Program-made: the position numbers and the translations under genes | In this document: positions 12,279-20,040 of the stretch, one piece after another | Position numbering within the stretch: the stretch's first letter is position 1 | Layout of the letters: every line of letters begins with the position of its first letter | The notes under the pieces: generated by a model | Told to the model about the DNA's origin: nothing | The model's input: only the letters and a program-made list of their open reading frames with translations | Database searches by the model: none | Source of the DNA: a virus | Length of the DNA: 64,000 nt | Virus record (IMG/VR): IMGVR_UViG_3300037493_003260 | Coordinates: 20,089-84,088 of that record | Direction: 5' to 3' (one strand)

Positions 12279-14122
12279 TACTTTTCTTTAGAAGACTCGT
12301 TATCAAAAAATCCGATACGGAGCGTGGCGTTAATTCCTTGTTTTTTCAAGGTATCAATAGTTTTGTCCAGCTGCTCGTATTGTTTTTTGGTTTTCTGTGA
12401 CCGATTTACTTTTATGTTTAAATTACCTTCGTTTTGTTTTTGCTCATGGATAGTAGGCCGCCCTGCGTCGCCATTAACTTGTGGCTCAGGTTTCGGTCCA
12501 GGAGTATCACCTGGAATAGAGGCATCTTCCATGCCTGGTTCTGTGGGCATTCCTGGCATCGGAGGCATCCCTGGGGCAACGCCCATTCCAGGAATTGCTG
12601 CGGTCGGGTCAATCTTTTGTTCGTCAAGTTTATCCAAGTCACTCACGGGCAGCATTCCGACGGCACCCTTAATAGTGTACTCGTCGCCGCCTTCAATTGG
12701 CTTGAGGCCGAGTTTCGTTCGACGTTCATTAATAGAAATCACGCCCGTATCAATGTCGATTTTGTCAATCTGGGCACCCTGGATATTTTCTTTTGCGTCT
12801 TCAGTGTTCCAGGCAAATTTTACGTCGGTAAACTTAAATTCAGTCTTTACAATCTCTTCGTTAAAATACGACTGTAGCAAATTTAGTAGATTATTAACCC
12901 CGCGTGCTTTTGAGAGTTCAACCTGGGATTCCAGATTGGCTTTTCCGAAATCTAGAGTAAACCCAATATCCTGTGGACAAAGCCCATAGCAAGCACATTT
13001 AACAGAGGTGGTCCACTTAAGGTATTCCATCATCTGCATGTCCTGATTTGTTTGGACTCGCATTGGAATAAACTGCATCTTGTCAGAGCCTGACGCAAAC
13101 ACAATCTTGTGTGCTCCGCCACGACCAAGGACTTCGTTCTCCCACATCTTTTGGAAGATAGCCCGTTGGTCTTCAGTAACACTCTCTCCCAGATTTAAAA
13201 CGCCTGGGGGCACATTGGAATGCTTAAAATATTCGATGTTGTATTCATCAGCGTACAGACTGGCCGTAATAATATAAGCTGCAACTTCAAGTGGACTAAG
13301 ACCGTATCCTGTGTGCTGGGGATTCTGGGTAATATATAGAAGCTCGTCATTGGCGAACTCAGCTCTGAGAACACCTTTGTCTTCCCAGGCATAGGCTGCC
13401 TCTGGGGACGCAGGGGCGGTGCCATCTTCGTTTCGGTACAGTTTAACTTCTTGGCCAGGGACTGTGTAAAGCTCTGCAAGGTCTCCATGGTAATTATAGT
13501 TCTTTACCAAAGCCCCTGCATCAAAAATAAGGATGTCTTCCAATAGTAATTCAAGCAAAATCCTAAAGGAGGAGTCTGTGTCACTGGGATGCTCAAAGAT
13601 ATTCTTGACTTTGTATTTGTGTGACTCGGCAGTATCTCGCACTTTCCGAATCATAATTTTAAAAACCCAGCGAATGCGGTCACGTCTTTGGCTATCGTTG
13701 ATACCTGTATCATCCAAAATCACGTCTACCTTATGCTGAACTTCCTCTTTCAAATCCTTGCTTAGAATCTCGGATTCAAAATCAGGGGTATCAAATTCGT
13801 AGGGATTGATGTAGGCTAAAAGCAGATTTTCCCAACGGTCAAGTTCAGCCTCAACAGCGTCGGTATCGGGCACAATATCCCATGCCACGTTGCTGATGTA
13901 GCCTTTTAGAGTACGCCGAATCGCCCAGGCAATTGGGTCAGTATTCGCCAGTCTCTTGAGGGTTTCACTATTCAAAACAAAAGTCTTCTGTTGTTTCTTG
14001 TTTAGAATAGTATTGCTAAAAGCAAATAACCCTTTGCGAGGCATCGGGTTTTCACGCCCAGGGGCGGGCCTGAATGCTTTGTTTAAATTGTTTGTTAAAC
14101 TTTTGAAGAAGTCGTTAGCCAT
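12278..14122 (-). CDS. Portal protein (HK97-type)
   Basis: GYGLSPLE, YFKHSNVPPGVL, CACYGLCPQDIG, ISINERR..LGL.PIEGGD. Confidence 0.9.
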   Translation of the reverse strand: MANDFFKSLTNNLNKAFRPAPGRENPMPRKGLFAFSNTILNKKQQKTFVLNSETLKRLANTDPIAWAIRRTLKGYISNVAWDIVPDTDAVEAELDRWENLLLAYINPYEFDTPDFESEILSKDLKEEVQHKVDVILDDTGINDSQRRDRIRWVFKIMIRKVRDTAESHKYKVKNIFEHPSDTDSSFRILLELLLEDILIFDAGALVKNYNYHGDLAELYTVPGQEVKLYRNEDGTAPASPEAAYAWEDKGVLRAEFANDELLYITQNPQHTGYGLSPLEVAAYIITASLYADEYNIEYFKHSNVPPGVLNLGESVTEDQRAIFQKMWENEVLGRGGAHKIVFASGSDKMQFIPMRVQTNQDMQMMEYLKWTTSVKCACYGLCPQDIGFTLDFGKANLESQVELSKARGVNNLLNLLQSYFNEEIVKTEFKFTDVKFAWNTEDAKENIQGAQIDKIDIDTGVISINERRTKLGLKPIEGGDEYTIKGAVGMLPVSDLDKLDEQKIDPTAAIPGMGVAPGMPPMPGMPTEPGMEDASIPGDTPGPKPEPQVNGDAGRPTIHEQKQNEGNLNIKVNRSQKTKKQYEQLDKTIDTLKKQGINATLRIGFFDNESSKEK

Positions 14123-14124
14123 GT

Positions 14125-14547
14125 TTATATCCTTTTGGAAGAACTATAATCTGCATTTTTCTCTAGAGCCTTTACTAGGGCAATGATAATTTCATGTTCT
14201 AATTTTTCGATTTGAATAGTGTAAACAGCCCGTGCTTTTTTATCAGCTATATGCTTTGAAAGAATGTCATCCACAAGAGAAAGAAGCCGATTTAAACGAA
14301 CGTGCAAAAGTTCATGTATGATTGTATTATCAATTTCGTTTGGGTCTTTTTTCAGAATGCGCTTGTTTAAAAACATTGCTGCAGAACGGGTTTCTTCATC
14401 AGTGCTTACGTATCCAAAAGTATCATAATCCGCAGACCCTTGCTTTTTCTTTCCAACCACTAAGCTAATGCTGTAGTCGCTAACCCCTAGCATATTTGCG
14501 AATTTGACGAGTCGTTGTTTTAAGTCTTTTTCAAAAGAACGTATCAT
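14125..14547 (-). CDS. Zincin-like metallopeptidase
   Basis: IIHELLH (HEXXH) with downstream EHE. Confidence 0.65.
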   Translation of the reverse strand: MIRSFEKDLKQRLVKFANMLGVSDYSISLVVGKKKQGSADYDTFGYVSTDEETRSAAMFLNKRILKKDPNEIDNTIIHELLHVRLNRLLSLVDDILSKHIADKKARAVYTIQIEKLEHEIIIALVKALEKNADYSSSKRI

Positions 14548-14786
14548 TACTTGGGTACCCGACGATACTTCGTGTCATTCTGCTTTCTAGCGTTTTGCCG
14601 CTTGATATTTGCGTTGTACTTTTTTAGTGCAAAATGGAAATCTAGAATATCGTCCCAAGAGATAGCGGCTTGCCCTGAAGCTATCTTTTCGGCAATCTCA
14701 TTGAATTCCTCTGGGTATTTGGGTTTTTCAAAATAATTAGTCATGGGAAAAGAACCTAAGTACAAAAATTTACAAAATCTTTAAAA

Positions 14787-15080
14787 CTATTGGTTAGGTC
14801 CAGCTTGATAGTACGACCCAACATTTGGTGAATCGCTGCATGTTCCCATACCCACAGGGGGTGTAATTTTATTCGAGTTCACTGGCTGTTTTTGCTTTTG
14901 ACCATGAGCCATGTGCCGATTCTTGCTGCCAGCTAAATCTTCACGAACCAGCTCAAGGCCAACCACGGGTGTAGCTGAAGTTTCCTTCGACAGCACCGAA
15001 AGCTGACCGCAAAGGTCACGCAATTTTTCTAGAAGCCTCAGCCGAGCAATGCTATCCACAGTCTTAAAATACCTTTGCAA
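14787..15080 (-). CDS. Small protein carrying a copy of the capsid N-arm peptide
   Basis: KETSATPVVGLELVREDL versus capsid KAISSTPVDGLMLVREDL; true start may be GTG ~15059. Confidence 0.6.
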   Translation of the reverse strand: MQRYFKTVDSIARLRLLEKLRDLCGQLSVLSKETSATPVVGLELVREDLAGSKNRHMAHGQKQKQPVNSNKITPPVGMGTCSDSPNVGSYYQAGPNQ

Positions 15081-15390
15081 CTTTCAAAATTTGGATAACA
15101 GTCCAGGTCACAGCTGCAAGGGCTGTGGCAACTTTTACAACACTTGATAAAAACTCAGATACACCTGTAGATTTCATAAACTTTGTTTCAACGGGTTGCA
15201 AACGAGCTTCTATGTGTGCGTGTTGTTCTTTGTTGTTTTCATCGAAGGTTGTCAGGGCTACCTTAATATCCTCTAAAGCGTGAGGCAGATGATTAGTCAC
15301 CTGGGTCTTGATGGAAGCAACGTCAGATTTCAAGTCCGACACTTCGGCCTTTACTGCATTTACTTCATCGTGCATTTCCTTGTATCCCAT
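15064..15390 (-). CDS. Coiled-coil protein with C-terminal TM helix (holin/haemolysin-like)
   Basis: Heptad N-terminus and hydrophobic C-terminal segment. Confidence 0.5.
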   Translation of the reverse strand: MGYKEMHDEVNAVKAEVSDLKSDVASIKTQVTNHLPHALEDIKVALTTFDENNKEQHAHIEARLQPVETKFMKSTGVSEFLSSVVKVATALAAVTWTVIQILKVAKVF

Positions 15391-15399
15391 AAGGTTCCT

Positions 15400-15735
15400 T
15401 TATCGTAAGTTATTTAACGAATATTTGTTGGCCTCTAATACAGAAGCCCAATCACTAAATTTACATACTGAATGGTCAATAGCTAAATCAAATCGTGGTT
15501 TATTGCAAAGAATGTTGTTATAAGGAATTTTATTTTTTTGAAGCCATACCTCTGTTGATGGGCCAAGACTTGCATCCCGACAGGTATAAATTAAGATGCG
15601 GTGTCCCAGGCTGGCCATTTTGTCTATGGCTTCCTTTGCGCCTGGAATTAGCGTGCAATATTCTACTTCTGAAAGAGCCATGTAATTTGGCAACGGCGTG
15701 CTAATTACGTTATCGACTTCGATAGCGATAATCAT
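15400..15735 (-). CDS. HAD-superfamily phosphatase-like protein, degenerate motif I
   Basis: IIAIEVDNVI, IYTCR, KP...IDH. Confidence 0.6.
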   Translation of the reverse strand: MIIAIEVDNVISTPLPNYMALSEVEYCTLIPGAKEAIDKMASLGHRILIYTCRDASLGPSTEVWLQKNKIPYNNILCNKPRFDLAIDHSVCKFSDWASVLEANKYSLNNLR

Positions 15736-16082
15736 TTTTTGTTAATAGCTGTCCGTTTTACAAACGCCTTGAGCAGCCCTCTTTCGATGAGTTCGTCGTT
15801 GTAAGATGTGTCTTTTCCAGAAAGATAAAGGAACGCAAGATATGTTCCAGATTTCTCGGACTTTAAAGACTTGACGGTTACCTCTTTGTTAAGAAGTTTT
15901 TCGGTCAGTGTTTTCTTTATAAGCGTTGCCTTTTCAGGATTTTTATTTCCACGAAATTCCAAAAAGTCTATTCCTGCAAGCCGAAACTCTTGGTTTTTTA
16001 ATACTCCGAAACCCAGGTCAACAGTAAGGATAAGGCATTCCTCGCTGATAATTTCTGTTACAAGTGCCAGATATTTATGCAT
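15732..16082 (-). CDS. Thermonuclease (SNase)-like protein, degenerate active site
   Basis: VDLGFG....FRLAGID..E, .YLA.LY, NDELIERG. Confidence 0.65.
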   Translation of the reverse strand: MHKYLALVTEIISEECLILTVDLGFGVLKNQEFRLAGIDFLEFRGNKNPEKATLIKKTLTEKLLNKEVTVKSLKSEKSGTYLAFLYLSGKDTSYNDELIERGLLKAFVKRTAINKK

Positions 16083-18543
16083 GTAAATCTTCCTTTATTG
16101 CATCTATTGCGGCTTTCGCATCAACCAATCCCACGCCGCATTCATCAGCGGTAAAGGCTAGCGGTTTTGCGGTTGTCTTAAGAAGGTGCTTCACTGCAGC
16201 ACACCGTTCTTTATAATCTTTGGTCCAACTTGGAGCCGCCTCAAGAATTAGTGCACAAATTCCTGCAACCACTGGGGTTGCCATAGAAGTTCCACTCATG
16301 CGTTGGTAGGGCACAGCATCTGATTGAACAGAACAATTATTCATGGGGGTATCGGCACTTTTTACCGATGTAACCCCATTTTCGTAATAGCAACCACCAT
16401 AAGAAGCTTTAGTGCCACCGCCTGGGGCTACAAGGTCAGGCTTGGTTAAATTCACACCGTTGAAAATCACAGGGCCACGGGAACTGTAGCGTGTAATCTT
16501 GTTGTCCCTGTCTACTGCACCGACAGTAATTACTTTTGCAGCACAACTAGGGGACCCAATTGTATTTGCTCCAGGGCCTTCATTTCCTGCGGCCACAACT
16601 ACAACAATGCCTTCAGAAGCCAGTGCATCTGCTTCCCGTGAGATGGCATCATCAGGAGTTCCTTCGCCACCAAGACTCATGGAGATAATATCGGCTCCTT
16701 GGTCGGCAGCCCACGACATTCCCTTAATCACGGTATCGTTTGACCCGTGCCCGCTGTCGTTTAAAACCCGTGCATCTATAAGAACAACTTTTGGGGCAAC
16801 GCCACGATAAAGTTTTCCACCGCCAGCGATTACGCCAGCACAATGCGTGTTATGAGCAATAAAGCCATTTGCTGTATAGTTATGGTTTTTAGTGACTGTA
16901 AAATCATAGAGAGTGGTGTTCGTATCTTGTATTGAAATATTACAAATCTTGTCAGCAACTCGACGATGGCAGTTTGGATTCTTTAGCTTTTTAAAGTGTA
17001 AAAATTTGCCGAGTTCCGTGTTACAAGAGAGGCCTACAGCGTAGCACATATTTTTATTTCCGAAGGTACTCTTATTAGAGCTGTGTTTACAAATCCAAGA
17101 ACGAATACCTAAGGCCTTAAGTAGGGAACAAAGTCCATCGGCAAATTGTTTGCTTCCAGTAATAATTCTAGCTTTGCTATTAATACAGCCATCTCCATCA
17201 ATGGCCCCAGCCAAAAAAGAAAAAATAACACTTCGAGGAGACTTAGAAATAACGTAAGGTAACGTGACAGTTAGTGATTTGTTTCCAATAGGAATTCCAA
17301 GCTTATTAAATAAAAATACCAATTCTTTGTTATAGACGGAAACCCTATACGTATTGCGTTGCCTAAGGTCTTTCTTTACTTTCGGGGCATAATCAAATAA
17401 CTCCTTAAAACCGTCGCAAAAATTTTGAACCAATTCAAGTGAATTACTAGTAAATTCGATTCTGGCGTTGCATCCAGCCTTCTCTTTTTTTAAATAGGAC
17501 AAGTGACCGTCAGTTAATACTAGACCTACTAGGTACGCTAACTTTTCATTAACAGGCAAATTACTACCTCTAAATGGCACATAATGGTAATCATTTATAT
17601 CTAACGAAGAATCTGTAAGTTTGATGCACTCACCGACTTGGAGTTCATCAGCCCGTTTTTCTTTAATTGTCAATTCATGGCCCCTTGTTGAGGTAACCAC
17701 AAAAACCTTGTGCCACGGCGTTAGGGCTAAACTACCACCTCTTGTGGTAATAGTGTACAACTTTCCAGTGTAAGGAATTTTATGTACAAATTCCATTTGG
17801 TCTGGCTCACATATTCCCTGAAGATTACAAGAAATGGTTTTAATGTTAAATCGTTTAATGTCTTTAACAGTAGAGCCATCCGTTAACTGGTAGGATTCTC
17901 CTGGAGATTTTTCGTATACAGTTTCGATTGTTTGCAATCCGCACAACGATGTGTACACTTTGGTATTGGCAGTTATACAGCCATGACCAACGCCATCCAG
18001 TTTTGCAATCTTGGGTGTTTTGGGGCGATTCCAAAACCATTTGCCAAAATAATCAGGCTGTGAAAAATCATACCGAGCAACTACTTTTCCTGCCAGGTCG
18101 GGGTGTCTGTCATTGATTCCTGTATCGACGACAGCGACTTTAATTCCCTTTCCTTCGTACCCTGTTGTGGCTCTCAGTACAGAAACTTCTGTCTGAACTG
18201 CTGCCCTATCCATATAAGCTCTGACTTGTTTCACAGGTTCAATGTCTACGTGGAGTTTCTCCTTGAGCCATTCCATTTGCTCAGAGGTTAACGCTGATTG
18301 AAATTCAACAACCATGGCGTTAATACGCCGATGGAGTTGAATTAGTTTTCCGCCAAATTTTGCAATATCCTGAAGTTTTACGCCTGCCCGATTAAGAACT
18401 AGAAGAGCCGTAAGAAATGCGACTCCTGCAAGAAGGGGGTGCTTTGTAAAAACAGATTTAATGATTTTGCCAGCTTTAAGATATAAGAAATATCTCGGCA
18501 AAACATTTTCTTGACGTTGTAAATTTGTGATTTCTAAACTCAT
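16075..18543 (-). CDS. Subtilisin-like S8 serine protease with N-terminal hydrophobic segment and intein
   Basis: VAVVDTG, HG|TH, AAGNEG, KPDLVAPG, SGTSMATP. Confidence 0.92.
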   Translation of the reverse strand: MSLEITNLQRQENVLPRYFLYLKAGKIIKSVFTKHPLLAGVAFLTALLVLNRAGVKLQDIAKFGGKLIQLHRRINAMVVEFQSALTSEQMEWLKEKLHVDIEPVKQVRAYMDRAAVQTEVSVLRATTGYEGKGIKVAVVDTGINDRHPDLAGKVVARYDFSQPDYFGKWFWNRPKTPKIAKLDGVGHGCITANTKVYTSLCGLQTIETVYEKSPGESYQLTDGSTVKDIKRFNIKTISCNLQGICEPDQMEFVHKIPYTGKLYTITTRGGSLALTPWHKVFVVTSTRGHELTIKEKRADELQVGECIKLTDSSLDINDYHYVPFRGSNLPVNEKLAYLVGLVLTDGHLSYLKKEKAGCNARIEFTSNSLELVQNFCDGFKELFDYAPKVKKDLRQRNTYRVSVYNKELVFLFNKLGIPIGNKSLTVTLPYVISKSPRSVIFSFLAGAIDGDGCINSKARIITGSKQFADGLCSLLKALGIRSWICKHSSNKSTFGNKNMCYAVGLSCNTELGKFLHFKKLKNPNCHRRVADKICNISIQDTNTTLYDFTVTKNHNYTANGFIAHNTHCAGVIAGGGKLYRGVAPKVVLIDARVLNDSGHGSNDTVIKGMSWAADQGADIISMSLGGEGTPDDAISREADALASEGIVVVVAAGNEGPGANTIGSPSCAAKVITVGAVDRDNKITRYSSRGPVIFNGVNLTKPDLVAPGGGTKASYGGCYYENGVTSVKSADTPMNNCSVQSDAVPYQRMSGTSMATPVVAGICALILEAAPSWTKDYKERCAAVKHLLKTTAKPLAFTADECGVGLVDAKAAIDAIKEDLHA
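16849..17979 (-). mobile_element. Intein (377 aa) with LAGLIDADG endonuclease in the subtilase
   Basis: Starts CITANT; LTPWH block B; LVGLVLTDG and FLAGAIDGDG; ends IAHN followed by Thr. Confidence 0.92.
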
Positions 18544-18728
18544 ACTGTTTTGTCCTTATTGCCACGAACTGCGCCTTCGGCTGCACCACGAGCAATCGCC
18601 TCAGCTAGCAAAAGCAAAAATGCCCTTTTCTGTTCAGGGGTCATGTCTGCTAAGGCACTTCCTACCAGAGGAATAAGTCTAAGCAGAAAATTTTCAATTG
18701 TTTCTTGGACATTCTTTGGGTCTGCCAT
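18540..18728 (-). CDS. Small hypothetical protein
   Basis: ATGA overlap with subtilase start. Confidence 0.5.
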   Translation of the reverse strand: MADPKNVQETIENFLLRLIPLVGSALADMTPEQKRAFLLLLAEAIARGAAEGAVRGNKDKTV

Positions 18729-18801
18729 AAAAGAGTTTCTTTCTTCATCAGAAATACAGGGGGGTATAATCTTGGAAGCTACCCCCCAGGGGCTTCAATA
18801 G

Positions 18802-20031
18802 TTATTTCTTTTCTTCAGGTTCTTTTTTGATATCGTCTTTTGTTGCCTCACATTTATTAGCACCCTGCCTAGCAACGGCAGCTTGCCCAATCGGAGAAGC
18901 AACGGCTACGGCATCGTCAAAAGCATCTTTCTTTACTGGTTCTTTTACAGAAAGTTCTTGCCATGCAGATTTTGCCATGGCGACAATTTCTTCTTCGCTC
19001 AAATCTGTAATTTCTTTGAGCGTGTCAACTACGCCACGTATAAATTCTTCAGGAGCTTCCGCAGGAAGCGGCTCACCAGCATGGGCTGCGCTCACTTCAG
19101 TGGCAGCTGCTTCAGGAGCCTTAACTTCTGCAGGAATAACAGGAGCGTCAGCGGATTTATTGGTTACAATATTACCAGCTTCCGCAGGTCCAGAACTAGG
19201 GACCTTGGGAATTTTCGGTTTCTTTGGCTTGGGAAGCAGGTCCGATAGTTGCGTGCCAAGCATATTAGCAGCAACATCAGAAACAAACGCCCCGATACCT
19301 TTTTCCGTTTTCTCGTCTTTTTGAAAACTTTTTACAGCTTTCAAAAGTTCGACATTGGACTGGTTCACATGTTCAAATCTGCCGTCAGACCACTTAACCA
19401 TCAAACCAACCTGGCCTGATTTCGTCTGATACACTTTGAGTACATGCCCAACAACTTTGCTGCCATTTGACAAAGTTTTTACAACGATGTCCTGGGTCTT
19501 GATGGAGTCATCGTAATTGGCGTGTTCGGTCATGCGACCCACGCGGTCCTCTTCGTAGTTCTCCTGCGTATGCTTTTTCTCGTCAGCGTCGGCCCATTCC
19601 TCTTTGGTTTTGTCACCGTAGGGCTTGCCTTCGGTCTTTTCTGAAGGAACGGCTTCTTCTTTTTTGTCCGTAATAGCAGCGTCCTTAACAGGAGGAACAA
19701 CAGCAGCATTGTCTGTTGCACCTTCTTTGCGTTCAGAAACATCCGCTTTGGAATCATACCCGCCTTCTTTTCCACGATTCTGTGCAGGGACCCCCTCGGT
19801 TGCTTTGTCCGTTGACGGAGCTTTTGGAAGCTCTGGACTCGCAGCTGATTTTCGGATGGCATCACCTGTAGTACTTGTTACTGTTTTGCTAACACATTTT
19901 TTAGCATCTAACAATTTGTTAAGCGATTCGTTAACTAACTTCTCTTCCTCGTTAGTTAAGGGAATGCAATTCCTGCGCTTTTCGATGATTGCTTCGAGGC
20001 TTTTGCTAGTTTCTGATTTTTCCATTGTCAC
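18802..20031 (-). CDS. Low-complexity acidic protein, putative internal head protein
   Basis: Ala/Glu/Lys/Pro-rich with many K-S/K-A sites; small beta domain (VVGHV...MVKWSDG). Confidence 0.6.
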   Translation of the reverse strand: MTMEKSETSKSLEAIIEKRRNCIPLTNEEEKLVNESLNKLLDAKKCVSKTVTSTTGDAIRKSAASPELPKAPSTDKATEGVPAQNRGKEGGYDSKADVSERKEGATDNAAVVPPVKDAAITDKKEEAVPSEKTEGKPYGDKTKEEWADADEKKHTQENYEEDRVGRMTEHANYDDSIKTQDIVVKTLSNGSKVVGHVLKVYQTKSGQVGLMVKWSDGRFEHVNQSNVELLKAVKSFQKDEKTEKGIGAFVSDVAANMLGTQLSDLLPKPKKPKIPKVPSSGPAEAGNIVTNKSADAPVIPAEVKAPEAAATEVSAAHAGEPLPAEAPEEFIRGVVDTLKEITDLSEEEIVAMAKSAWQELSVKEPVKKDAFDDAVAVASPIGQAAVARQGANKCEATKDDIKKEPEEKK

Positions 20032-20040
20032 TCACCTTTT

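Noticed and set aside
13600-13870. Helical insertion in the portal as an intein
   Set aside because: No N-terminal Cys/Ser block or His-Asn terminus
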